Of a stretch of DNA of 64,000 nt, positions 39,921 through 53,137 are shown in pieces. How positions within the stretch are numbered: position 1 is the first letter of the stretch; each line of letters begins with the position of its first letter. Made by a program: the position numbers and the translations under genes. A model generated the notes under the pieces. The model was not told where the DNA came from. It did no database searches and saw only the letters and a program-made list of their open reading frames with translations. Source of the stretch: Callorhinchus milii (taxonomy: Eukaryota); the NCBI RefSeq assembly GCF_018977255.1, contig NW_024704743.1, positions 59,522,001-59,586,000 on the forward strand. The letters are read 5' to 3'.

Positions 39921-40949
39921 TCCCGAATTGCAGCTTCTTATTTGCAGAATTTTTTTTAACGAACATTTTTACAGACCACAAATCTGAATGTCATCAAGAT
40001 TGAATATAATTTCAGGTGGAATTATTGTCGGCGAAGACCCCCCACGAGACTCTTAACTGTGCAGCATGGCCACCTATTGCTGTTAATATCCAGCTAAAAC
40101 TAGCTTTTCCTTTGGTGCTGCATACTTTTTATGCAGCAGAGAGCTGATCATCCACACTAATTGACTTACCCCGTTGTGGATATGGAAACAGTGGAAACAG
40201 ATAATTGTTCATTGTTCGAAATACAAATTGGCTACTACGTTAACAAAAACTTCTCCCATCAGCAGAAATACTGGCAGCACAATACTATGCTGTGCCAGCC
40301 TTTCTCTCTGTTTCTGCCATTCTCTTGACTTTCTCACCAAGTTTCTGTCTCTTTTTCTCTTTTTTTTCTCTTTCTCACGTTCTCTCACACAGAGAATCAA
40401 TCTCTCTCACTGAATCCCATCACCCATATCCTTGCCTACCTCAACTGTCTCCCAATGCAAGAATTTCAAGGAGAAAAAAAACAAATTAAGAAATAAATTA
40501 GACACCATAATGGGAAAGTTGGTGCAGTGGAGGAATGAGCTTTAATGGGCTGAATGGTCCTTTCTCATTCCTGACTTAATGTATTCTTTTCTTATCTAGC
40601 TATTCGATTGATTTTTTTGTCAGAATAAAATCATTTTGCTCTTTATCATTCTTTTTCACATACCATGGGTAATGATCCAAAGCCAGTGAGGTCTACAGGG
40701 GGCAAGTTTCCAGGATGTATGACACTTTTAAGATCACAACCCATTATTTGACCTTTCTCATGCCATAATGCTTTGTAAAATGCTTTCAAATTGTTTCCAG
40801 TTTTAGACCAGTCTCTCATTCCTTGGTTCCTATCTGCTTCAACCTATAAAAATTGGAATATTTTACATCGTTCAGCCCTTTGGTCTGAAGCCATTATTTA
40901 TTGAGCATCTTAAAATGCTACCCAGTGCCTCAACTATTTCTTCTCACAC

Positions 40950-41900
40950 TTCATTGAAGTTAAGCTCTGAGGCTTGGGGCGACAGCTCCTGGAAGGCATT
41001 ACCTGGAGTCCGTGTTTGTACATCCAATGACTGGAATTCACCTTGATTGGCAAGCAGCTACTGCTTAAACGCTGCACCTCTAACTTGTGGAACAGTCGCT
41101 CAATGGGAAGGGGTGTGTGCCCGAGGTGTGGATAGACAGATGGTGGCAATGCTGTCATGCATTTCATGCTGAGCTGTGTTGCCCACCGGGGAGCTCGTAG
41201 TGAGTTCCTGGTACCTACCATCCACCTATTCGCAAACCTGCACTTGTCGAATATTAAACAACCAATGGTGACTATTCTCGTTGGCAGTGGGGGGTGACGA
41301 GATAAGCGGAGTCTTCTTGGAGCTGAAATGGCTCCAAGGTAACATATTTGGCAACATAATGTCAGAATTGAGCCAGCCCTCTGTGCTGGTAGTCCAGTTC
41401 CTGAGCCATGTGGGTCCACAGTGTTCCAGGACACTGCTGATGACAGTACATCCAGCCTGGCTCATCGACAGGACTTGGGAGGGCAGACTAGTCACTTGGG
41501 GGCAGGGACTCCTCCACTCAGCTCCTGTTAACCCTGCAAACCAAAGCCCTAACGGATAGAGGGATCCTAGCTGGACAAGCAGCAGGAAAGCTTGCCAGAC
41601 AGTGGTATCAAAAGCATGCTATGCAGTTTTAGCTGGTTAAACTACAGCATTATTCAGTTCACACTCTGGGGTCCCCAAGCCTAGATTCCTGCCAACTTGT
41701 GCCTAATACTTTTCACAATTAGGTAAGCAGGAGGCATCCCTCCAGGAAGGGAGTGCACATTCCATTCAAATAAATATCTCTGGAACTTCTATGTGTAGAT
41801 GGGATGTATAGGATTCTGTTTCGTTTGGATAGTTTTAAGCAGGGTGAAGGGTTTCCGCATATGTCAGGCACCCAACTGACAAAAAAAAAGTCTAAACTAC
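40950..41900 (+). repeat. Unclassified ~1 kb dispersed repeat, longest copy (orientation arbitrary)
   Basis: Sub-segments recur at 10440-10750 (inverted), 11930-12325, 46000-46170 and 56763-56995. Confidence 0.75.
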
Positions 41901-42609
41901 ATCCCCTGATGCAGTTGGTCTGCATGTTGTTTGCTTCCTTGTGATTTCTTAAACACACAACTTGCTGACCTCTGAATGGATGTCCCTGAGACAAAGTGAT
42001 TGGATCTGGAGTTTGTTCGATCTTAACGGACACTGATATGAATAATCTAAAGCTTGGTAGAATGAATGGTAATGAGTTTTGTTGTCTTTGGCATCTCCTT
42101 CAGTAAACAGGAGCAGGAAATTATTTATTTTCAAGGGGAAATATCACTGTCAATCTTGGTCAGATTGATTTGGTGCTGACACAGAATCAGATCTATGAAA
42201 TCATCACCTCTCCTGGTTCTATCGGATCACAGATTCTCTCTGATCTGAAGCCATTGGATATAATATAGGCAATTTTAACAGAGCTCATGAGTGGCTGGGG
42301 CAGCAGTAAGATTGGCTTAAAGCTTTAAAAGACTGTTTGAAAATTTCAATTTTTATTACTTGTAGATGGCTACTTGTATGAACAACTAAAGCAACTTGCA
42401 CTTAGATATGGCCCATGAAGGGAATTGGTCCAAAAATGACCCAAAAGTACAAACTAACAACAGTCTATGGAAAGGCTATGATAGAGCTAACACTAGAGTA
42501 TATTCAAAACTTTTTAAAAAAAACGAGGCGGCTTGCCGCAGGGTTTGGGTTTGAGCCCCACACCTGGACCCTATCTGATAATGTCAGTCTGGCTAAGCTA
42601 CCAGCTAAC

Positions 42610-42940
42610 CTCTCTCCTCCGTGTCAAAAGGATGTGGGTTAAAGTTCCCAATGACTGTGGGACTTTGAGCTCACAGTCGAGGCTGATTTTCCATCCATTA
42701 CATTGCTGTCTGGAGGTTCTGTCCTTCAGATGAGATATTAGATTTCATGATACTATTCAAAAAGAGAAGGGAGTTTCTCCCGATGTCGTGACCAACAACC
42801 CTCCAGATAAAATAGTTCACTTTATGGCTGTTATGTAGGACATAACTGCAATTTGGCTGTCGCCTACTAATACATTTCAGTGTAAAATTGTGTGAAGCAT
42901 TTGCGATAAGGCACTGTATCAAAATGCAAAGGTTATTATA
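42610..42940 (+). mobile_element. DeuSINE-like element
   Basis: Motifs ggaggttctgtccttcagatgaga...tactattcaaaaagag...aatttggctg, plus tail. Confidence 0.6.
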
Positions 42941-43983
42941 ATCTAGGCTGAAACTAATTCAGTACCAAGGCAGTCATACATTGATTAGAGGTGTTGCCGT
43001 TCACTTCAAGGCATTACATTGAGGTCTTGTCTGGTGTTTTCAGGTGAATGTTAAAGTTCCCATGACACGGTTTCCAAAAGAGCAGGGATTTCTTTTGGAA
43101 TCCTGACCAATATTTCTCCCCATCTAAATTAACGCAAGAAAGGTTTAATTTGGTCATTCAGCTCATTCTGTTTGTGAGCCACTGCTGTTGTGTTGGCCTG
43201 TGTAAACATTATTTGAAATACTTCAAAGGCAAGTTTTCTAAATTATAAAGATTTACCACTGGAAAAGTGAATACAAGCGGATTTGTATGATGGCAGATTA
43301 AACAAAAGTTAGCTTTCTACATCTCTGCAGCTTAAATGCTTTAAAATTAAATTGGTTTCGTCTGAAAATTTGCTCTTTTTATGTATATCTATTCGTTTGT
43401 ACAAGTTCATTCAGTTAAACGTCCATAAGATTTTAAGTAACGTACACTGAGGTATGTTTAATTGTTTTGTCTCTTAACTATCCAGTTAACCCCTTCTTTA
43501 CCTTTCCTGATTCATTTTTTTAAAAAAAATCTTCAATCTTTTCAAAGCTACCAGATGCTATGGAAGGTTCATACTTGTTTCTGGAAAGATCATTTCCTTT
43601 TGCATTTTTCCTTTCACCATGCACAGGCTGTGGTATAATTGACATTTCTTAACCTTTGCAAAAGAAAAGGCAGCTGCAACTGTTTCTGCTTCACAGGTAA
43701 AAAATAGCATTCCATGTCTAGTCGTTAAGAATCTAAGAAGATTGCAACTGTTGCAAGTATAAACCAGAGCCATGAAACATCTGCATGATGCATTTTTCAT
43801 TTTTAAATTTCAGACAAATTGTGCTTTCTTTAAGTGTTCTCAGAATCAGAATTTGAACACTTGTTACATTTTTGAAGATTTAAATGCTACACTTTTAATG
43901 ATCTCTGGCCCAAAGTCATTAACCTTTTAGTTCAGAATCGTTTTATGCCTAGAAGCAAGTTAGCTGATGAAACTGGTGAGAAA

Positions 43984-44020
<37 letters not shown>
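43984..44020. repeat. Compound (TG)n(TA)n microsatellite
   Basis: Read directly from the sequence. Confidence 0.95.
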
Positions 44021-44021
<1 letters not shown>

Positions 44022-45339
44022 ACAAGTTGGTGGGTATTAAGGTGACCAGGTTCACAAGCCTTTTCAGGCTGATGTTTGCACAGCCTTCAGACCCATTCAT
44101 TTGGAGGCCAAGGATTTGCAACCTAGATGTAGAAACTGTATTAGAAAATAGTTACTCTCTGGGAGTCATTATTGAGGCAATTCTAGATCATGTAGAAGCT
44201 AAACATCACTGTTTGTGTTACAAGCAGCACTGATCTCTTTGGCTGTACCTAATATACAAATGTATGCAATTAAATGTATATTCCTATAACATTTAAGCTA
44301 CTGGATAAATTCTGTAGCTGGATATTTTAGGATTTGTTTAGAAGTACAGTTCACATAAAACTACAAGAGTAAAGAGTAAAGTTGATGCTTTACTCACGAT
44401 GCATTATAAATTATCAAGCAAAACTGGACATTCACTCCGTGGATATTTGTGGGACATTGCTGTGTGCGAAATTGTCTGCGCAGTTCACCCACAAAACACA
44501 TAATCACTCCACTTTATAGTATATCTGTGAAGGGCTTCAGGATGTCCTTCTGATGTGAAAGACTACACCAAATGTAAGGATTATCATTTGTTTTGGAGGG
44601 AAGGAAAGATTTGGGCATTGATCATTGTGACTGCATTTAAAGTGGTGAATTCCCCAATTCATTGTTATCTTGGCTAGGATGGTAGCACTCTTATCGCTGA
44701 GTCAGAAGGTTGTGAATTCAAGCCCTATGTTGGTACTTGGAGCTTATATTCTTAGCTTACACTCCAATGTATTGCTATGTAACGAGTTGCTGTCTTTGGA
44801 TGAGACGTTAAATCGAGATTCTGACTGTCTGTTCAGGCGGACATTAAAGATTCCATGGCACTATTCAAAAATAAAAGGGAGTTTTAAAAAGATTCATTAA
44901 AAAGCAAGATTCTGTCTTATGTGATGTTGGCTTACTTGAGCTTTCCTAAAGAGAATTAAGCATAACATCTACGCAAGATATTTGAGATAGAATTGTTGAA
45001 TTATTTTTTCTCTCCAGGCAACACATGTTGATACTGGGGAATTGTGAACTGGGGAATTCTCTATTTCAGACACTCATTGTCAGAAGCAGGTACGATAATA
45101 TAGACGGTGAGCTCTAGTGTAAACCACTTTCAATTCAGTGTTAACAATGAAGCCTCAGTCCCAATCTCAGGAGAGAACAAATACAACTTTTTCCATTTCC
45201 TGCACCGAAAATCTTTTGTGCCAAGTCTGAGAACTGGCCTCATTACATGAATAGAGGGGACTATTTCCAAGTTGCAGATAACACCAAGCTAGGATGTGTT
45301 GTACATTGTGAAGACAATAGGTGAAAAATACAGACATAG

Positions 45340-45900
45340 ATAGAATAAGCAAGTGGTCAGAACTACTTCAGATATAGTTTAACATTGCATAGTACGAGGT
45401 AGTACACTTGGGATGGAAGAGTAATCTCCTAAATGGAGAAGCACTAAGATCAATAGAAGACGAGAGATTTAGGGATTTAAATCCCTTAGATTTAAATCCC
45501 TTTAGATCATTAAAAACCAGTTTGCAGGTGCAGAAAGCAGTCCATAAGGCAAATTGGATGACAAATGACTGGCTTTTATCACAAAGTATCTGGATAAAAT
45601 TAAGGAGGTGCTGCGCCAGTTATGTAGAGCACTTGGCACCTTTGTTTTGAGCACCAAGTTCATTTTTAGGCACCCAAACATAGGAAGCATACACTTGCCT
45701 TGGAGGAGGTTAGGAAATGATTTGATTGAGGTATTTAAAATAATGAAAGGAATTGATAGGTTATAGATAGTGGGAAACTCTTCCATCTGCAAGAGAGATG
45801 CATTATAAAGGTAATTACCTTAAAATCAGAACCAATACAGTTTGAACTGAGGTCATGAAGGGTGAGGTCACATCCAGGGTTATGAAGATGTGAAATTCTA
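45340..45900 (+). mobile_element. Decayed CR1 RT/3' fragment
   Basis: Remnants agtacgaggtagtacacttggga, SLKTSLQVQKAV and gatttgattgaggtatttaaaat. Confidence 0.65.
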
Positions 45901-46171
45901 TTCAGAAAAGGGAAAATAACTTTTAAGGGAAAAGAACAAAGACATGAATTTATCCAAATTGGAATAGTTTAAAGGTGTCAAGGGCAGTTCCTCAATGCAA
46001 ACCGGGATCCTCAAGCCTTGGCTCCTGCCAACCTGTGCCTAATACTTTACGAAATTAGGTAAGCAGGAGGCGTCCCTCCGGGGGAGAGAGTGCATTCCAT
46101 TCCAACAATCATCTCTGGGATTTCCATGTGTAGGTGGGATGCTTGGAATTACCCGTTTGGTTTGGATATTC

Positions 46172-47835
46172 TTAACAACAACAACTTGGATTTATATAGC
46201 GCTCTCCATGCCGGATGGCGTCTCAGAGTGCTTCACAGTAACGGATCCAGAGGGAGAGGGAGGAAGGTGACCAAATGCGCGGTCGAAAAGAAAGGTCTTT
46301 AGCCGAAACCTGAAACTGGGAAGAGAGGGGGCGAGGCGAAGGGAGTGAGGAAGGGAGTTCCAGAGCCTCGGGGCATAATGGCTGAAGGCACGGCCACTGA
46401 TGGTGGAGCGAAGGACTCGGGGGACAAGGAGGAGTCCAGACCCAGTGGAACGACAGCAGCGGGCACTTTTGTGAGAAGAGAGGAGGTCAGAGAGGTAGGG
46501 GGGTGCAGAGGAGTGGAGGAATTTGAAGACAAGGGTGAGGATCTTGAAGTCGATCCTCTCTGGGACAGGAGCCAGTGCAGTCTGGCAAGAACTGGGGTAA
46601 TCGGGGAGCAGATTTTGGTATAGAGTTTTGTATGACCTGGATTTGGTGGATGGGAGACCGGCGAGGAGGGCATTTGAATAGTCCAGCCGAGAGGTGACAA
46701 AGGCATGGACTAGGGTTTCAGCGGCTTTTGGAGTGAGGGATTGGCGGAGTTGGGTGGTGTGTCGGAGGTGGAAGAAAGTGATGCTGGTGAGGGACCGGAT
46801 ATGGGGGAGGAAGGATAATTGGGGTCGAACCTGATGCCTAGGTTGCGTATGGGTTCGGAGATTTTTAAGGGGAGGTCGGGTAGGTGGAGGAGGTGAGAAC
46901 GGTGCGATTTTAGATGTTGACGAGAGCTAAAGAGTATGTCCTGTCAACGTTCAGCTGAAGGAAATTCGCGCTCATCCAGCTCCTGATGTCTGACAGGTAG
47001 GCTGACAGAACATCAGGGGATTGGAGGTCGCAAAGAGAGGTGGATAGATAGAGTTGAGTGTCGTCTGTATAGATGTGGAAGTGTACCCCATGTCTGCGGA
47101 TGACATCCCCAAGAAGGAGCTTATAGATCAGAAAGAGGAGGGGGCCAAGGATGGAGCCTTGGGGTACCCCATAGGTAATCGGATGAGAGCGGAAGGAAAA
47201 GCTCTTTGTGCAGATGTGCTGCTGGCGGTTCGTGAGGTAGGACTCGAACCAGGCGAGTGCAGTCCCACTGAGGTGGATGGCATGATTGACTGTCGAAGGC
47301 GCCGGAGAGATCCAGGAGGACAAGGAGGCAGAGGGAGCCCTGGTCACAGACAGAGAGGATGTCGTTTGAGACTTTCACAAGCGCAGTCTCTGTAGTGTGG
47401 GCGGAAACCGGACTGGAGGGGTTCTAAGAGGGAGGAGACGTGTGTGTGGAGTTGATTGGCAACAACGTGTTCTAGGACTTTTGGGAGGAAGGGCAGGTTT
47501 GAAATAGGGTGGTAGTGGCTGTGGTTTGAGGATCTAAGGAAGGTTTTTGGAGGAGTGGGGTGATGACAGCAGTTTTGAGGAGGGCAGGGACTGATCTGGA
47601 GGAGAGGGACTGGTTGATGACGTCAGCCAGTAGTGGGCAGAGGAGGGGAAGCTGGGTGATCAGCAAGTTGGTGGTGAGGGGCTTGAGGCAGCAGGTGGTG
47701 GGTTTCATTGAGGTGATAAGAGGGAGGAGGGAGAGATGGGGAGGAAGGAATGTAGGATGGGGGTTGTGGTAGGAGCTGATGATGGGGAAGGTGAGGGGGA
47801 CGGACAGGAGGTGGTGGGTGACAAGAGGCAGGAGG
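46172..47835 (-). mobile_element. L2 LINE RT pseudogene (subfamily B)
   Basis: Motifs [31 protein letters not shown] and YTDDTQLY, with multiple frameshifts and a (ttg)n tail. Confidence 0.92.
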
Positions 47836-48218
47836 ATGGGTTTCCGCACGTGTCAGACACCTGGCAAAAAAAAAATGATAATGGGAGTTCAGGTTGGAAC
47901 CATAAAAAGGCAAATGGAAATCTGTGTTTTACTTGGGGATTGAGTACAAAAGCAAGGAAGTGATGTTAAATATCTAGAACTCACTGGTGGGGTGGAGAAC
48001 TCACTGCTGGATTCCATGGCTAAAGCAAAAAGCATCAAGACGTTTCAGAGGAATCCTCTTGCATACATGAGGGAGAAAGGATAGATGGGTATAAGAAAGA
48101 GGATTAAGAGGAGTGGAAGCTGCATGTGTTATAAGCATCAGCATGGGGTAGTTGGGCTGCTTGGCCTGTTCCAATGCAGTGACATTCAATGTAAATTTTT
48201 TACTCTTATCCATTGCAG

Positions 48219-48305
48219 AGGATGAAGAAGATGAAATTCCCGAACTCAATCTGGGACCTGAATCTGAGCTGGAAAGCCAGGATCAGAAAACTGAATCAAA
48301 AGAAG
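48219..48305 (+). CDS. DYNC1I1: DYNC1I1 exon (87 bp), acidic linker: (E)DEEDEIPELNLGPESELESQDQKTESKE
   Basis: ttgcag| acceptor and |gtaggt donor. Resembles human IC1 EDEEDEEMVESKVGQDSELENQDKKQEVKE. Phase 1/1 fits both neighbours. Confidence 0.92.
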
Positions 48306-48719
48306 GTAGGTAGCTCATTTTCATCTTTGATTTGTGTAATGTTTCTAAATCCAGTTGAACACACATGGTGTGATCATTATAATATATATATTTTTTTGTA
48401 CAGCAGAACATAGTTGACAAGCTCTTCAGGGACTGATTTCAGGATTAGAATTCCAAAGATGGTCTCATGATTGGGTTCACTAATTGCACTTATTCCATGC
48501 TTTTTAAAACTCTTCAACCTGCTTCAAGTCAGATATTGGCATAAACATGCTTTTGAAATGTCTACATAGTCAACATGCATAAATAGGTTTTCACAGTGAT
48601 CATCTTTGTGATCTATAAGATTACTTTTTTAAGCCATTTGTTTTTGTTAAACATTGCATTAGAATGCAAAAGTTTTTTTTACTATTTGGGTTTTTCAATT
48701 ATAACTATTTTTTTAAGTT

Positions 48720-49005
48720 AAATCCACACGCCTCTTGTTTACCTAGCAGTAAGAAGGACTCCGGCTATTAGTCAATTGGTGGATTGCTTTTCCGGAAATG
48801 ATAATCCCTATTGGAAAAATAATAATAATAATAATTTGGTCACTTAATCCACGACTGTTTGTGGGACACATCCTGTGCGCAATTGGCTGCCGTGTTTTAC
48901 CCACAGAATATATAGTCAATTCACTTTACAGTATATTCTGTGAAGCGCTTTGAGACGTCTAGAAGACATGATAAGGCACTATATTAAATGTAAGGATTAT
49001 TATTT
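48720..49005 (+). mobile_element. 5'-truncated tRNA-SINE
   Basis: Body and tail match the other copies. Confidence 0.8.
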
Positions 49006-50786
49006 TAGAATAAAATTAAATGCAACTTAAAAATAAATTTTGGCAAACGCATAAATTCAGGATTATCACTAGAAGATGAGAAAAGGGATTAGAATTTTTT
49101 TTAACACTAAGGATTATTAAAATGTGCAATGCTTCACCATAATCTGTTGGAGCTGTTTCTAACACTGCTTAAAACAGAATTAAATAAATACTTGGGGGAA
49201 AATATTAAAGGAAATGGAAAAAGTGCAGGGGAATTGGGTTAGAGAACTGTCTCCACCCATGATAGGTCAAAATACCACCTTCTGTGCTGTAAACTTTATA
49301 TGATTCTCCGACAATATCCCTCAAAATTTATTCTAAAAGAACAGTTGGGGTACACAGTAATCTTTGTTGCTGGCCTGTTACATGTTGTGACTTGAGAGGG
49401 CGCTTCTTTATTGGCTACTCATAGTGTTTGGTCAGACAGATCAGCATGAGCAATGCAGTGAGCAGCTTTGCTGCTGTTATGAAAGAACCACAGACAGCAA
49501 TCAAATTTTACCACGAGAGCCAGAGGAGAAATAATAACAGTCATGATTTGACCACATTTGTGACTATTAAATTCTGGTGGGTTAATAACTACTTTTCCAC
49601 AGAAATGTGCCATCCTGGAACAAACACATCAAACTACTGCATTTAACCATCTACCCTGATTTGAATTATGAGTGAAAACTTTGAGCATTAATAAAAGGTT
49701 GTAAGTATTGAGAAACAAAGGATAAATTTGCTGGATTTGATGCGACTGGAGAATGGAGGGAAACTCTTACTAGTTTCTGTAAACCAGCGGTGAAGGTTTC
49801 TTTAGGCTGTTTTTATTCCGTGTCCTGTAAGTTCTCTTTGAAATAATTGACTTCTACTAAATAAGACTTCTTCTGGCTTGTGGCTGCAGTGATTTTTGCT
49901 GAACATAAGCGGTTCAGCGAATCGGAGGGCCTCCGTTGAACTTCAAAGACAGGGAGATAATCACTGTGTTCTGCTGTGGAGTGAATATCTGTTTCCAAGA
50001 AAACTGCTGCTTTGTCAGAGGCTGATTTTGTAGGAACATGGTAGTCTGCCTTTTCCCCCCGTGTTCCTCAGAAGACTTTGATCAGCCATTTGTGCTTCTG
50101 TTGGCTTCTTTCTAGAAGAAAGAAGGGAGAGTCATGAAACTGAGATCAAAGTGTATGCTGAGTACTAGTTACTGAAGGAAAAAAAGATGGAAAATTACAC
50201 AGAAAGCACAGAGGAAGGGGTAGTGGTGGTGAAGAATTTTACAAAGAGCACTTGCAGTGTGCAGGATTTCTGAATCCTGATTTTTTTCCTGAACAGTTAA
50301 GGTTCATATCCATTTTAGATGTATCAGTTTATGCTCCTACGTAGTATCCCATTTTAGTTTGAGTGGGTTCTTCAGAAAAGTATAGCATAGTGAACCATTG
50401 GCTATCTTGCAAAAAAAAGACCTGTGCCCATTGTCTTCTTATGAAAGGAAATAAAGGGCAAATTGAGATGAATTGCAGACTGTTTACCTAGCTGGAATTG
50501 TCATTCAGCTTGGCTCAGTTCTCTTGCCTCTGAGTCAAATGGTTGTGAGTTGAAGTCCCACATTGAGACCTTGAAATAAGTCCAGACTGACGTTCCAATA
50601 AGGTGCTATTGGTTTGCTCCATTGTCACAGGAACCATCCTTTAATGAAACATTAAACCAATGTCCAATCTGCATATTGGCAGTGCAAAGGAGTCTACCAA
50701 CCACTGTATGAGGAATGACTAGAAAGATGGGTCTTTCCATTCTTCAATGGAAACATGTCAGAAGGGACATTTTTAGAAGTATATAA

Positions 50787-51805
50787 AACAATAACTTGCA
50801 TTTATATAGCACCCTTCATGCAGGGTAGATTCCAGAGCGCTTAGGTGGTTAATATGATTGAGAAAGTAAACCAAGAACAATACTTGTGGGGCAAAGTGGC
50901 AGAAGGCCTGCCTGCCAATGGTGGGGTGGGTGAGGTGGGGGACATAAAGTGTCGCTGAGTGAGGGAGCGGGCCAGTTGTTAGGGGGTTAGGAGGTCGCAG
51001 GGGTAGGGGGGAGCAATGCCACGGCGGGCTTTGAAGGTGGGGACCAGGCTCTTGAACTGTATCCTCTGTGTGATGGGAAGCCAGTGGAGTCGGGCGAGGC
51101 TGGCGGGAGAAGACACGAGCTGCAGAGTTCTGGATGATCTGCAGCCTGTGGAGGGAGGAGTTGGGGAGGCCGACAAGCAGGGAGTTTGCATAGTCGATCC
51201 TGGATGTTATGAATGTGTGTATGAGGGTCTCGACGGCCTGCGGTGTGAGACAGTGGTGGAACCGGGCAATGTTGCAGAGGTGGGGGAAGGCAGAGTGGGT
51301 CATGGCGCAGATATGGGGTAGAAAGGATAGTTGAGGATCAACAACATACCAAGGTTCCGGACTAGTTCAAAGAGGTGGAGTGCATCATGGAAGGTGACGG
51401 TCAGTATCTGAGGTGCAGAGGCGCTGACAGGAGCCAATTAGGATAGCATCCGTCTTGTTGACGTTCAACTGTAGAAAGTTAGCTCTTGTCCAGGACTCCA
51501 GGACTTTCTGTCAAGACAGCAGTGGTCCTGGAATTGAGGGTGGAGGCAGAGAGGTACAGTTGGGTGTCATCCGCATACATGTAGAAGTTGACCCTGTGTC
51601 TATAGATGATGTTACCAAGCAGGAGCAGGTACATGTTGAAGAAGAGAGGGCCAAGGAAGGTGGAACGAAAGCGCAATTGGAGAGGTTCGTGAAGAGAGTG
51701 GCGGGAGAGGAAGGAGCGAAGCTGGGAAGCAACGACTCGTTCCAGGACCTTGGAAAGGGAGGTTGGAGATGGGGCGGTAGTTTGAGAGCAGGGATGGGTC
51801 TCGCA
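50787..51805 (-). mobile_element. L2 LINE RT pseudogene (subfamily A) with internal deletions
   Basis: Motifs [20 protein letters not shown] and SRIDYANSLL. Confidence 0.9.
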
Positions 51806-52657
51806 TAGACTCCAGGAAGTATTTCTTTACATAGAGGATAACCAACAGCTGGAATATATTTTCAGGTTGAAGCCAGGACAGTGGACTTTAGGGCACAGAT
51901 TGTAGTTGCAATGGGAAAACAGGGTTCTATTCTAGAAGGATGAAATCAAATGTTCCAAAGATCCTTTTCTATCCAAATCTCTCTTGTGATCTTGTATTTT
52001 GTTCATATAAAAGTGCCGGCACAAAAAGTAAGATTACACAGGCTTGTCTGGATGTGTTTTTAAACTATATAAGAAAGAATCTAAATTGAAGGTTTCACTT
52101 ACATAAGAGTATGATTTTAGCTGATTGTAGTCCCATAATCTACCTAAATACAAAATGTATTGGGGCACTCACTGATAGACAATAGTGCTGTTCAGGACTA
52201 TAGTCTGTTTTTGAACAAAATCCAGAGAAAAACTGCAATGTTGGAATGTAGCTGGTATTTCCTATAAAATCATTCAGACCATCCCATCGCCTTCTGTATA
52301 TGCACTTATTACACTGCTGTGTGGTCATTACCATCTTTTCAGTTTTATACAGCAATGTGTGCCGTTTATTATTGGCAGCTAATTCTATGTTTTTGTATTA
52401 ATGCAGATCTTTCCGATCGTAGTTCTATGTTCTCAGGGCTTTAAGGATTAAGTTTAAGGATTGGGAGTCATTCTACCGAAAAACTGTGGTCTGTTTTGCT
52501 TTATACAACAAAAATTATATAAAACAAAATACAATTTATTATTAACTGATTAGTCATTGAATCCCTGCTGTATAATAATAACCTGCATACTGGACCTTGT
52601 ATAAATAACCTCCTAAATACTGATCTGTAGACTTTCTGCTTTTTTTCTTCCCTAAAG

Positions 52658-52820
52658 CTCCTCCTCGTGAACTCTCTGAAGAGGAAAAGCAGCAAATTCT
52701 TCATTCAGAGGAATTTCTAATCTTCTTTGACCATAACATACGTCTCATAGAGCGTGCTCTTGCTGAAGATTCTGGCCTCTTTTTTGACTATGGCGGCAAG
52801 CAGCTGGATGAAAAAGAAGG
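52658..52820 (+). CDS. DYNC1I1: DYNC1I1 exon (163 bp): (A)[53 protein letters not shown](G), dimerisation/Roadblock-binding helices
   Basis: Polypyrimidine tract with an AAG acceptor and |gtatgt donor. Strong match to dynein IC. Phase 1/2. Confidence 0.97.
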
Positions 52821-53088
52821 GTATGTTTCCTCAGTTTGAATGTGTAATCTGCTGGGGATCAATCTACAAACTGTACTAGTTGAGTTTGTGCTTTGGAGAT
52901 GGGCCTGAAGTAGTGAGGGCAACTCCCTATGTGTAAACTGCATATGTGAGATTTCTAAAGAAGGTCAAAACTCCTGAAATTAATGGCAAATTAGAGAGTT
53001 GGGAAAGCTCTGGTGAGAGTGATTCATGGAGTTTCACAAGGGTTTGTTCTTCTGTTCCCTTGTTCAGACTTTTCACAAATGGCAGAAG

Positions 53089-53137
53089 TTCTCGGCCTTT
53101 TGATTAAGATCAAGTGAAGTATCTGTTTTTATCAGTT
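53089..53137 (+). pseudogene. U2 snRNA 5' fragment (nt ~6-54)
   Basis: 45/49 identity to U2 TTCTCGGCCTTTTGGCTAAGATCAAGTGTAGTATCTGTTCTTATCAGTT. The branch-pairing GTAGTA is mutated to GAAGTA. No Sm site or 3' half. Confidence 0.9.

Noticed and set aside
43678..43702. Recursive splice site (ttctgcttcacag|gtaaaa) in the long intron; a similar motif lies at ~6095-6120
   Set aside because: The pyrimidine tract is short, upstream AGs compete and the donor is weak. Such motifs are expected by chance without RNA data.
53089..53137. Functional U2 snRNA gene
   Set aside because: Only ~50 nt are present, the branch-pairing sequence is mutated, and there is no Sm site or 3' stem-loops.
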